Notes under the pieces: generated by a model
The model's input: the letters and a program-made list of their open reading frames with translations, nothing else
What the model was told of the DNA's origin: nothing
The model's database searches: none
Part shown: positions 37,786-49,363 of the stretch, in pieces
How the letters are laid out: every line of letters starts with the position of its first letter
Numbering within the stretch: position 1 is the stretch's first letter
Position numbers and translations under genes: made by a program
DNA from: Callorhinchus milii
Taxonomy: Eukaryota
DNA length: 64,000 bases
NCBI RefSeq assembly: GCF_018977255.1
Contig: NW_024704742.1
Location: forward strand, 41,914,001-41,978,000
Direction of reading: 5' to 3'

Positions 37786-38266
37786 AAGTGCGCTCCATAA
37801 ATTGCAAATTGGATAATTGCGTAATCCATTTAATTACATAGCAATTTCTAGGTACTGAAAATTTGTTATTTGTTTGCATGGTATTGCACTTTGCTAAAAT
37901 TCGTATCAGATAATTGCATAATTTGCTTAATTGCTTGAAAAATAGCCAGTCAATTTCATTCATATCTATATAATTAGTTCTGACAATTGCATTGGTTGAG
38001 GACTTCATAGGGTTTCCATCTCTGGAAGTTCTGGAAGGAATGGTTGCTGTTGTAAAGTGAGGCGGCACTGACTTTACTGTAGGGGCGTAAAGCATCATAA
38101 ACGCATTGTAAAATGTTGTTTGCTATCATAGCACATTGTAAGAGGAGAGGCAGCATGGAGAGTGTCAGGAAAGTGGCCACTAATGAAATTCAGATGATTG
38201 CCTATTCCATATAATTGCATGAAATCTGTCAGATCCAAACTCCATGCAATTGTGCGGAGTGCACTG
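37786..38266 (+). mobile_element. Tc1/mariner (Tigger/pogo-like) MITE, copy 1
   Basis: Imperfect terminal inverted repeats agtgcgctccataaattgca and tgcaattgtgcggagtgcactg followed by TA. The body matches the reverse complement of 57205-57979. Confidence 0.7.
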
Positions 38267-38319
38267 TATATAACAATTTCTGAAGTAACAGCATAGTTAA
38301 TAATTAATTGTAAGACATT

Positions 38320-38436
38320 CAAGGTGGCGTGCGATGTACATTGAGTACCTCCGACAACGCAACACCCACCCAGCACTGCATGGAATGTCAGCTTAAACCG
38401 TGTGATTCCAAGGCCCGATATGGAGCTTGAGACCAC

Positions 38437-38467
<31 letters not shown>

Positions 38468-38472
38468 ACCAA
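38320..38472 (-). mobile_element. Deu-SINE 5' fragment
   Basis: acctccgacaacgcaacacc.accc.gcactgcatggaatgtcagc...acaaccttctgactcagaggcaagagtgctacc. Confidence 0.8.
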
Positions 38473-39104
38473 CATGAAATGAGTGATAAATTGGTAGAAA
38501 TAGCCTCTTCTTAGGCTTTGAAGATTCTTAAAAATCAGATGTTATAGGCTACAACTTTGTTGTATATTGTGAATTAATGACAAGAATCAAAATACAAGTT
38601 ACATTAGACACTGTCACTCACATCGGGAGGTCATCCCTAAGTGCCTAACAATATTGATGGGCAACTGAGTTGGGTGACAGACTCTATAGAAAACTAAAAA
38701 TGGTGCTTCAGAAATTCTGGGTGGTCTATTTAATAACTCACTTGTGAGGTTATTAAGTAGTTATGATAGACAGGCTTCAATGCAAATTGCTTTCTGGTCA
38801 CATGCCTGATACTTATATATATTGTATTATTCACATTTTTTTGTGCACTTTTATGATGAATCAAAATGCAAAGTGCTCAATATACCCTTTACTTTCCTGC
38901 AGTCAAAGACTTATCCATAGGCTTCTCAATAGGATATTGATTTTATCTTACTTGTTAATGTGCCACTCGTGGATAACTAGGCTCAGAAAGCAGTAGGATA
39001 AGTTCCAATCCCTGGGTATCCACTGTGTGTAGTTATTCAAGCAACTTTGCAAACCTCAGCCAAGCAGGAATTTTTAATGTAACATTGTATTCGCAAAGCT
39101 CTGA

Positions 39105-39500
39105 AATAACAACAACAAAATTACACTTGTATAGCGCGATTCATGTCGGGAGGATATCCCAAGGCGCTAGACAGTCAGTGTTTCGGACCCAAGGTGGGGG
39201 TCGGGATCAGGGAGGGTAGAGGGCAGGGGGGGAAGGAGGGTGATCGAAGGCACGGTCGAAGAGGAGAGTCTTGAGACGGCTCTTGAAGGAGGCAAGGGAG
39301 TGGGTAAGGCGGAAGGACTGTGGGATAGTGTTCCAGTGGGTAGGGGCAGAGTGGCTGAAGGCCCGCCCGCCAGTGGCAAGGTGGGGGATCTGTTGAGCGG
39401 AGGGAGTGGGCAGGTTGGTAGGTGATTAGGAGGTCACGGAGGTAGGGGGGAGCAGGACCATGGAGGGCTTTGAAGGTGAGGACCAGAATCTTAATGCCAA
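39105..39500 (-). mobile_element. L2 LINE 3' end
   Basis: Minus-strand ORF KILVLTFKALHGPAPPYLRDLL..YQP..SLRS (L2 ORF2 C-terminus) and tail aacaacaacaaaattacacttgtatagcgc...gtcgggagga. Confidence 0.9.
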
Positions 39501-39873
39501 GAAATAATGCCAAGAATGACTTTCATGGTGACATTGAATTGGAAAATACACTGCTTTACTGGAAAAACTTGGGTACAACATTTTAATTAACACTTAAATG
39601 TTAATCTTATCATATTGAAATATTAGGATTAGTTTGAGTATTTTTATTTTTGGCAAAGCAATTACTCTATGTAAAAATAATTACACATAATCATAAAATA
39701 AGAAGATACGAAAGAGGTAAAAATTAAACCTGTGATGTGTTATTTAACAGATCATTGAAAATTCTCCGCAGTCAATAACAACAAACATTTAGGTTGAAAG
39801 TCTGTGATACAAATATAGGTGGAGTAAAGTGGTTTGGATGATGGATGCACAATGTTTTTAGCGCCAAAACAGT

Positions 39874-40195
39874 GATAATAATAATAATAATAATCTTTGC
39901 ATTTGATATAGTGCTTTTCACGTTGGGAGGATGTCCCAAAGCGCTTCACAGAACACACTAAAGTGAATTGACTGTATATTTGTGGGCAAACGCGGCAGCC
40001 AATTGCGCACAGCAATGTCCCACAAACAGTCGTAGATTGAAAAAGACCAATTTTTATTATTCTTTTTGGTTTTGGAGGGATTATTATTAGGAGTGTGGAG
40101 TAAGGAAACTTGCCCAAGGTTTCGCCCTGCCTGGAATTGAACTCAGGTCTCTCGCTTGCAAAGCGAGTGCTCTAACCACTGAGCTACAGGACTCC
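39874..40195 (-). mobile_element. Young tRNA-Ala-derived SINE (short form)
   Basis: Near-identical to the reverse complement of 7113 and 10279, with an (ATA)n tail. Confidence 0.95.
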
Positions 40196-41534
40196 AAGGT
40201 AACTGCTGAAGGCACAAAAACATTCAACTAAATGAAAAGAAATTGCAAACACCATCACTTAAAACAGATGCATGCACCTGTAAATCACAAAGTAAATTAC
40301 AGAAAGTCATGGAACAAGGATGGTAACCAGGTAAATGAATCTGGGGAAAGTCAATATTGGACAAAAAATGTGATCGCATTTGTTAAGAGAAAGCGGGGGG
40401 AACAAATCATTATTCCATGGTAAAATTGTAATTCTAAGCTCACCCACAGTTACAGGGGTTGGGAAGAGAGGAAGCACATAAATTAATCAATTATCTTGTT
40501 CTAACATTCAGGTGCAAGAGTGAAGAGAATAATCCTCATACCATGTAATTCAACCTGTCAGAAGTTGCTTTACCATCTCTTTGCTGTGCAGGTAAACCAT
40601 GAACCTGCTGGAAGATCAAGTTATAAACCTTATCTGTATCACATGGTTCCTTTATTGGGGGTTGAACCATTATAGAACAAGGCAATAAAACCTACAGGTA
40701 ACCAAATGTGTAGTTATTGCTATCACCTCACCACGGCATGAAGAGCTCAACTATTACTGCTGAATCAGTATAACTGCTGAATCAGTGATGCAGGGAAATT
40801 ATGGTTTGTGAGTATTCGCCTTTGCAAGGCTCCAAAACTAACTGTAGCACTGTAGTCAGTATTATTTAATGACCATCATTTTAGTTGACTCTCCAAATTA
40901 CTTTCCACATCTAAATAACAGAATTTCTATCCCATAATCTGTAACAATATGCGTTTCTGTCATCACTGCACTATCGTCTGACCAGCATTATTGATCTTTT
41001 TTGACAAGGTGACTCAATTTGATGGTTGGAGGCATTACTAAAACCCTAGCTGGCCGGACCAATGGGGGGGGGTGGGGTGGAATTTGGTTTGGTGAGCTGG
41101 AATTTCCAGCTTAGTGTAATTACAATACTGGTACCGGAATAAGCTATTTTAGTGAATAAGCTATATTCTGTTCATGGAATTCAAACTGAGTCAAAGTCGA
41201 TATCCCTGCCTGGCCACTGAAGGCCAATGAGAATGATGAGGCAGGGGCACACGCTAGAGGAGAGTGGGGTGTCAGGAGTCTGAGGAATTTTTTTTTAATT
41301 TCCATTTCAGGCCTGGTTAGGTCTGAATTCCAGATGCTCTGCATATAGTACCCCCTCCCAACCCCCCCATCTCCACACATACACTGAGGATTTATTGTAT
41401 ACAGTCGCTATACATTACAATAAATTCTGTGATGGGCTTTGAGATGATTCAATGAAATGATAAGATATTATATCAAATGTAAAGATTATTATTACAATTA
41501 TTATGTACCTAAAGTTTCAAAGGGCCTCCGATAC

Positions 41535-41755
41535 ACTGACACATGAGAAACTGATGTCACTATGTATCAAGGGTAAAAGATGAACATTGTTTGGTAATTG
41601 ACTGAATGGAAGGAAGCAATAGGTAGTGGGTATACGTTGAAATGAGGGGGGAGGGAGGAGGGATTGAATGGTTCATACTAGTATCTCTTCTGTTCATAGT
41701 ATATATGAATGACCTAGATTTGCAAACTTAGGGCGAGTTAGTTAAATTCGCCAGA
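41535..41755 (+). mobile_element. Old CR1 RT fragment
   Basis: HEKL..IKGK...LNGRKQ.VV, LFIVYMNDLD and VKFA. Confidence 0.65.
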
Positions 41756-43959
41756 ATACAATGTAAGAAAGCTGTGTCCCAAATTGGCAGGTACTCAAAA
41801 AAGGTCTAATTTTATCCTTGAGTTTTCATAAATTATTCCTTCGCTGGAAAATATATCACCCCCTTGATGTAATCATCTTCTTAATTTGCTACAAGCCAAT
41901 AAGGATCACATTAATTTTACAGTTCATTGGCAAGGTGCACTGGAGTTAGAATTTCACATTAACATTAAATTAACATTAAACAATCATGTTCAGTGATTTG
42001 AATAACTTCTGAGAACACACCAGCTGCCTTGATTTTGCACCGCTTGGTTTCCAACAGAGAATCACAAATTCTCAGAGCACCCTAGAAAATTATTTGGAAA
42101 GTCCACAAAGGTAAGAGAATGTCAAGCTGTAGGGGTTTGCTTTCATTATAAAAAAGAATCCAAGCTTCGTTCGGTAAAGTTTGGAGGAAACAAATTTTCA
42201 TTTCATTCATTTATATTCAAATTCTTTATTCCTAAGAACTCCCCACTCGTGGCTGCTTCAGTTTGATGGGGGAAAGAAAGGCCATACACAAAATGCCTTT
42301 TAAAATTTATATTAGAGGAATGGCTTGCGTCCAAAACAATGCTCCCTCAAGTGTTAGTGGATCATAGCATTGGAAACAAGCCATTCAATTTGATGCGACA
42401 AATTCAATCAGTCTTCAGAGGATGCTGAGCCCTGATGCTGAGATCGTTCTTTGTATAAACTCAACAAATTTGCATGACTCAGATATGCTGTGAATTTGAT
42501 AAATCACCCTTTGAAGCATTATTTTATTATAGCCTGTTAGTGTTACTGAAATAATACATTACCATATTTCAGATGTTAATCTATTCTTTCTCTGAATTAG
42601 AACTATATGAAATAAAGAACATTGATTAGCTACATCTGCCCCTCTTAAAGTAAGGTAACCTTTATTGAAGAAATCAACAAGTGTTTTCTCATGAATATGC
42701 ATTAACAATTTGTGTCGCCCATTGTGATTGCTGCTGAAAGTGTTTCGTTTGGTGTAATGTTTATGTTAAAAACATCAACATTTAACAGATGTTGAATACA
42801 CTACTGTAAAAGGATATTGGCTTAGATTGTCAATGTGGCTCAATAGACAATCCATTTTCAAACCAAACTGTTCCAATTATGCCTCTGTCTGCTATCATCC
42901 TAATTCTCCTTTAATGTCTCAATGTCTCAAAAGCTACTGTCACTTATGCATATTGGAAATATTTACATCTCTATCAATGTGCTTAACATTAGTGTGCTAG
43001 GTTGTGTCTTCCCAACTGGTGTTTTCTCCTTGTGTGCTTACTAGCCTAAAACCTGTATGAGAGGGAAACAGAATGGGACCTCTCAGGTGTGTGTCCACAA
43101 GTACAGATGCAGGAGGAGGCAGAGGTGAATGACCACGCCCCCTTAGACCTCCACGCACTCAGGAATAATTTGCACTGCACCTAAAGATACTCCTGAAGGT
43201 GTTTTGTCATACAGCTATTTTTCTCTTTCCTTCTCACCTCTGCTATGTTAAATGGTCCATTTGATGATCCATGCTGTTCCATCATCTACCTTGCCCATGA
43301 GGTGGCTTGATTGTTGAGCTGTGCAATTGTGGTGCTTGCTGAAGGGTTAGAGAGTGTTATGTGGGATGGAACATTTTACAGGGAGGGGATGTTACCACTA
43401 ACCTGCCTCTAGCTCTCTTACTACTCTGCAGAAAGAAGCTCAAATATCTCGCTCAAAGTCAAGGCGTTGGCTTGTCTGCTGGTCGGCTGGAGGAGCTGAA
43501 AAGGTATTGGGGAGAGATGGTGGGGGAGGGGATTGTGGGGAGGGACAGGTTTAGGGGATTTTGAGGAGCGTCAGAGGAGGAAATGGGAAGCGTGATGGAG
43601 ACAGGGTGATATGATGGTAGGGAAGGACAGGGAGGGATGGTGGGGATGGGCGGAATTGTGGGGACGGGACAAGGAGGGTGGTGGTGAGGATGCTGGAAGA
43701 AACAAATGAAAAGCACATGTGCAAGGTTCATTAGCAAAACATGCACCCCCTATTGAATTTCATAATCCAAACCAGGAGCAGTTTTCCCTTTGATGAGTTA
43801 CAACTACATACTCAGCATTAGCAGAATGGCGGCAGAATCCCTCTAACATCAAACTGTTCTACCTCATGGGTGAAGGAAAAAGATGCCAGCAATGTCACCA
43901 CCAGGGTCATATTAGGATCCTCCATCGTTCCCCCTCCTGTTCTCTATCATTTTCCTCTG

Positions 43960-44305
43960 AGAACCAAACTTGCAAATTCAGCCATTTCAGCACTGTGATG
44001 ATCCTCATTACTGTAGGTTACACAATGAAGTGGATCTATATCGAAGTGAACCTGCCCACAGCATCATACTGTATTGATCTTACCTTTGTGCTCACCATCA
44101 TCACTTCAAACAGCCTCCTCACCAGCATTATAGACCTCTTGTAGAGACAACCTGCATTGACCTGGTATATATCCCATAACAGACCATGGCCCTCAGGTGA
44201 TGCTCGGCAAGTGTCATTGGTCCAAACAGATTGTGCTTGAAGACCATCCAATTTCCAACAGCACCAATACACTTGGCCTAGGCCATCTTTAGCCTCCTCA
44301 TCACA
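43960..44305 (+). mobile_element. Possible Penelope-like RT N-terminal relic
   Basis: DLYIEV..TASY..IDLT..TIITSNSLLTSIIDL..RQPALTWY..PWPSG resembles the pre-RT segment of Penelope-like ORFs (DLY..EA..TSSY..ITSGDLP..QP..FY.LPKIH..PG). Recognised from memory only. Confidence 0.4.
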
Positions 44306-44309
44306 TCCT

Positions 44310-44462
44310 AATTAGAACTATAGAACCATAAAAAAATTATAGAACAGAAAGGGCATTTAGTCCATCGTGTCAGTGCTGTTGCTCTGTTAAAGCGCAATCC
44401 TTTCAGTCCCATTTACCTGCCTTTACCCCATACCTCTGCAGTTTAGTCCATTTTAGATATCC
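44310..44462 (-). mobile_element. CR1 3' tail fragment
   Basis: tagaactatagaaccata...gcatttagtccatcgtgtcagtgct...ctttaccccatacc.ctgca. Confidence 0.7.
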
Positions 44463-45724
44463 CGAACCAGTAATATATTTCCCCTTCAAAAGGAGGTAGA
44501 TATATATGTATTGAAAGAGGTGTCCAAAAGCTGATCCTCACCTCAAGACTCCAGGGCCTTGATCTGAAAACGGATTCTGATTGACATGGTGCTGACAACC
44601 AGCTCAAATATCTTGCTCAAAGTCAAAGTGGTTACTTTTGAACCTTCCAAAGACTTAACACTCACAAAACTTAATTTCCCAATGTTAATGTTTGACACTA
44701 ATAAATGTGATCCACCAGTGTCCAGTTATGTTTGTATCTTAGACTTTCAACCCTTACATGTTCAAACAAATTTTCAAGTGCTTATGTCATGTTAATATCA
44801 TTTTACTCTTGTTAAGCACGTATACTAAACTGACATTAGGAATGAAAGAAATTATTTGGCGCTAAGGAAGCTGGCTCAGTTAGTCATCGTGTGAACAGAC
44901 GTCTTCACAATAAGAGACACAACTGAAATTAAAGAGCACTGACAGAATCAAAGACTGCTATCAATCTCCATCCTTTGATATTGCATTGTCCTACTTTAAA
45001 ATGAATGAACCTAGCACAATGTCATTTATTTTAGGCTAGGGTAAATGTGGCTCTGGAAGGAGCAACTGACACAACCTTAAAAAATCAACAGCAAAAACAT
45101 CTTCAAAAATAAAACTGAAGTTAAGAATGTTCCAAAATTTCTGCACAATGTTAAATAAAAGTATAGTTGGACAGTGTGAGAAATGCCAATTTTTTAAACG
45201 CCTTCATTTTAAAGAAGAACATTGACTGTTAATGGTTTAAATCTAATAGCATTAATAATAAAATACAGTATCAATATCTGTAAAAGAAAAGCAACACGAG
45301 AATTGATGTGCAGAATCAAGTTGAGGAAAAATCTTGCTTTTCAGTTTAAGCCAATACTGATTTCAGGAGCGAGCATGAAATCAGGAATAATTGGAACTGG
45401 CACATTGAAACCTTATTATACTAATAACAATTCGTATTCAATCGCCCTCCAAAGCTGAATTTAAGATTTCCCAAATTTGGTATTCTCTGAAATGCTAAGA
45501 AAATATAATAAATCTAGATCCAGATGGAATTTCTTACCCATAAACTGTGAGGGTTCTTTGAAAAAAATCCCGCACAATGAAAAACAAAATTTTGTATATT
45601 ATGTGGGCTAATATATGGTGTTTGTATCCATAGTGTTCTGGGACGCTACCCTGTGTGCAGAGCGCCATATAAATGCAAGTTGTTGTTGTTTGTATAAATT
45701 TAGTGTGTCCAATTGTTCTGCTAA

Positions 45725-46110
45725 TCTTCTCCCCCATAGCATATACCTGTCAGCTCCTACCTTGGCCTCCACTTGCTGGGGTGCAGTTTCATGGGTTATC
45801 CTCCATTATCTTCCCCTTAAAGTGACATGTGTGAGTCTTGGCAGTGAGTCTTGGCAAGCCACTCAACTGTAGAGGGTGTCACAGCCAAGCCTGACCTCTC
45901 CTCACCCACCTACCACACAAAGAATGGTGGTTGCTATCGAGGGACCAGGAAAAGGAGCCCTATCAAGTGGTTCCTTCCCTAACTGTAGGAAGGCAGTCAC
46001 CAAGTTAAACTTCTCATGCAGCCCCAACCGAGTCCAGGAAACTCAGCAAGGAACAGGTTTCCAACCAATGAACTCCTGGTGTGAATGCTACAGTTCTGTA
46101 TGTGGTGATT
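45725..46110 (-). repeat. Old unnamed SINE-like dispersed repeat (family A)
   Basis: catgtgtgagtcttggcagtgagt...gtcacagccaagcctgacc.ctcctcaccc, shared with 6340, 58990 and 60465. Confidence 0.6.
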
Positions 46111-46139
46111 TCTAATGGATTTTATAATAAGGAATCCGA

Positions 46140-46560
46140 GTGATGGACTCCTTCCCATAAGCGCAAGTCATGCTGAAATAATTAAGTGTGGGCGCGAGGA
46201 ATCAAAAGAGAGACCATGTCAAATATCATGCTGATCTGGAAGAGATCTAGGATTAATTGTGGATAAATTAATTACCTGTCACCTCAGTGTTTTGCTGCAA
46301 TAAATAGGATAAATAAGCTACTGAGGGTTATCAGTAAAAAGTAAAAATCAAAAGAGTAAAAGAGTAAAAATCAAAAGAGATGATGTTACTGCATAAGGCA
46401 TTAGTTAGTCTGATTTGGGGCACTCTTTGGAGATTTGGAGAGTCCAACTGAGTGAAAGGTCGACAGAATGAGTAAGGTTAGTGGGCCGAGTTTGGCTTGA
46501 GCTGAAGTATGGCACTTGAATTAGTTCATAAGACTAATAAGTGACTGAGTTTAAACACAG
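46140..46560 (+). mobile_element. Highly decayed CR1 ORF2 fragment
   Basis: PHKR-like cccataagcgc and KEMMLLHKALVSL, similar to CR1 KEV.L.LYKALVRP. Confidence 0.4.
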
Positions 46561-46789
46561 CATGTGAAGCAGAATATTGAGACAGATGTTATATTAGATT
46601 AAATGCTCAGCATTCCACTGGTATTGATTATTAACCAGGAATTAAGTCAATATTTAAATTCTAGTGAACACTGTATACTCAGATTTGATATCATAGTTAA
46701 GACTTAAGCTTGCAGACAATAGATTACAAGAGAGTGGAAGAGCAAGGAATAAAAACTGCATTCTTTTAAAATTACCTGAAGAAAATAAA

Positions 46790-47120
46790 ATAAAATAAAT
46801 TCAAATTTTAGTGCCTTATTTTAAGATGTTTCAGTAATTATTGTCAAATGTAGGTGTCTGTTTTTGTAGGCAAATGTGGCAGCCATTTGCCCCCAATGAG
46901 GTGAAGGACACCAGAAGAAAATCCCTTCTCTTTTCAATCAGCATGAAGAGATCTTTAAAAAGTCAACCAGATCAGGCAGAGTAAACCTTGGCTAAGGTCT
47001 CATCTGAAAGACGGCACCTCCGATAGTGCAGTACTAGGCTAACTGAAATGTCAGCTTAGATTTTAAGCTCAAGTCATGATATGATGCTTAAATATATAGC
47101 CTTTCGACCAAACTGACACA
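46790..47120 (-). mobile_element. Deu-domain SINE
   Basis: ggtctcatctgaaagacggcacctccgatagtgcagtac and ttgtaggcaaatgtggcagcca. Confidence 0.75.
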
Positions 47121-47149
47121 AAGGAAATGTACCCTTTAAGAAAACTAAA

Positions 47150-48065
47150 TAGATAGCAAGAACTAGTCCACAGTTGCTGAAATGTGAAAACGAACATAAA
47201 AGCTAAGAATAATATTAAAATGTAAGATTCAGAAAGTAAGGAGAACATTGGTACAAAATCATTTTAAATTAACGTAATTAAGTATTAGGGGGAAGAGGCA
47301 GAGTGCAGGAATCAGCCAGAGGGATCAATAGAATGTTTTAGCAATACATGTAGTTGGCGGATTATTGAAGAATGGATAGATGGATCATTTCTTTAGTTTG
47401 GTAACAGCATCAAATGAGATCAGAAAGTGGTTGATGTGCTACATTAAGTCTTAACAAATAAAAGTGGTGACAAGATACTGGATTCACTTAAAACTGGCTC
47501 TGGAATCTGCAGCACATGTTGAAGTCAGCTATGCACTATGAAGAAACCCAAAGATTAAGGAGCAAGAAATGCAATGTAGCAATTTTAATGATTTGTGTTT
47601 GTAAAAGGATTTCAAGATGAATTCCTTTCTGAGAGTCTACAGAGCACATGGATAGATGTAGCACATTTCAGAATCCTCAAAGAAATGAATATTTAAACAG
47701 CATGCTCTGATCAATAATATCAGGAATTCAGTAAAGTCAGGGTCTGACCGAAGACTGGAGAGGTGCTCATGCAATCTCATTATTCAAGAAGACTGAGATA
47801 TAAATCAGGCAATTGCAAACCAGTTAGTCTAATATAGGTAATGGAGAAAATGTTTGTGTATTTTATGGGATACTATCAATGTTCATCTGAAAAGCATGTC
47901 AGCTGTAATGGGAAGTCAGTACAGATTTAGAAGCAATAGGTCATGCCTCACAAATCTACTGGAATCCTTTGAAAGGGTAATTAAGTTATTGGCTGAGTGA
48001 TATTCAGTACGTAAAATATACTTGAAGTTTCAGAGGATGTTTGATAAAGGTTGAGAGGTCATGGG
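47150..48065 (+). mobile_element. Old CR1 ORF2 fragment
   Basis: DWRGAHAISLFKK..SGNCKPVSL, SQYRFRSNRSCLTNLLESFE and IYLKFQRMFDK at about 47750-48050. The 5' boundary is uncertain. Confidence 0.75.
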
Positions 48066-48531
48066 TACAAACCTACAATGCAATCCTTGTTTCTTTGTAG
48101 GTTACTGATTTTGCACTAAGGGAATCCAGACATCGCCAGACATTTTCTATTGCTTTCTGAAGAGAACCCCATCCAGCCTGCCTCTACACTGAACCCTGGC
48201 TTTGAATGAGTCCCGAAAAACCAAATGCTCCTTTCAGCATTGTAAATAATATTTAACGAGTAATAGCCCCATGAATAAGACAGCCTTCCTGGAATTTAGC
48301 AAGTGGCAAGAAATCAATCAGTTGCTCATTTTATTATCGAGGCTGATCTCTAATCTCAGAACAAAAGTGTTGTTCTAGCAAGATAAATAATGTCTTCAAA
48401 TAGGCAAACAAGCAACTTATGTGTGAGTGTTACTATGTCTATGTATGTGGGCACGTGTTGATAGGTGAGAGTGTATGTAAGCATGCATCCCTTTGCCTGC
48501 ATTTCTATGTGTCTGTATGTATGTGTGTGGA

Positions 48532-48751
48532 CAAAACACAAAATACTGCAGATGCTGGAATCTGAAACAAAAACGGAGAGAGCTGGGAAAACCCAGCAGG
48601 TCAGGCAGCACCTATGGAGAAAGGAAAGTGAGTCAATGTTTTGGCTCCACAGTTCTGACGAAGGGTCGTGGACCCGAAACGTTGACTCACTTTCCTTTCT
48701 CCATAGATGCTGCCTGACCTGCTGAGCGTTCCCAGCTCTCTCTGTTTTCGT
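48532..48751. mobile_element. Palindromic Penelope-like terminal-repeat element
   Basis: Inverted arms of about 85 bp at 48567-48650 and 48668-48751. Same family as 18461. Hammerhead motif at the centre. Confidence 0.8.
48651..48687 (+). ncRNA. Candidate minimal type I hammerhead ribozyme
   Basis: agtt-CTGACGA-a-gggtc(gtg)gaccc-GAAA-cg-TT-gact: conserved core boxes, perfect 5-bp stem II, 4-bp stem I, and a minimal palindromic stem III (aacgtt). Confidence 0.6.
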
Positions 48752-49095
48752 ATGTGTGTGGAGGTGTTTTGTGTGAGAGGGCTGGGTATGTGTCTGCAAG
48801 TCTGTGTATCAGTGTTTTGTGACTGTTTGTCCCTGTTCTTATGGATGTATGAGTGTGTTTTTTCGAAGGTGTATGTGTGTGTCTATATATTAGTGTGGGT
48901 GTGCATAGAAGATGCACATGTGAGAGTATGTGAGAGTATGTGAGAGTATGTGAGAGTGGAAATGTGTGTGAATTTAGTTTATGAGTGGAAGGTATATTTA
49001 GATGTCTATATATCTGAATATGCGAGGATGTATGTGGGGATGTATGTATCTGTATATATCATTGTGGATGTGAATATGTGTGTAAGTGATTATAT

Positions 49096-49363
49096 GGAGT
49101 CCTGTAGCTCAGTGGCGGAGAACTCACCTCGCAAGTGAGACCTGTGTTTGATTCCCAGGCAGGGCGAAATGTTGGGCAAGTTTCCTTGCTCCTCACGCCT
49201 CTGTTTACCTAGTATTAAGTAGGAACCCGATTATTAGTCGATTGGCAGCTCACCCACAAAATATACAGTAAATTCACTTTACAGGATATTTTGTGAAGCG
49301 CTTTGAGACGTCTCGAAGACGTAAGAAGGTGCTATATCAAATCCAAGCATTATTAGTATTATT
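49096..49363 (+). mobile_element. tRNA-derived SINE, long form with internal deletion
   Basis: Head ggagtcctgtagctcagtgg, CORE-like ttgggcaagtttcctt...gcctctgtttacctag, and L2-like tail. Confidence 0.9.

Larger units (their letters stand above)
48420..49092. repeat. Degenerate (TG)-rich simple repeat tract
   Basis: gtgt/atgt-rich low-complexity sequence, including tgagagtatg x3 at about 48921-48950. Interrupted by the palindromic element. Confidence 0.85.

Noticed and set aside
48356..48943. Cluster of overlapping ORFs on both strands
   Set aside because: Produced by the TG-rich tract and the palindromic element.
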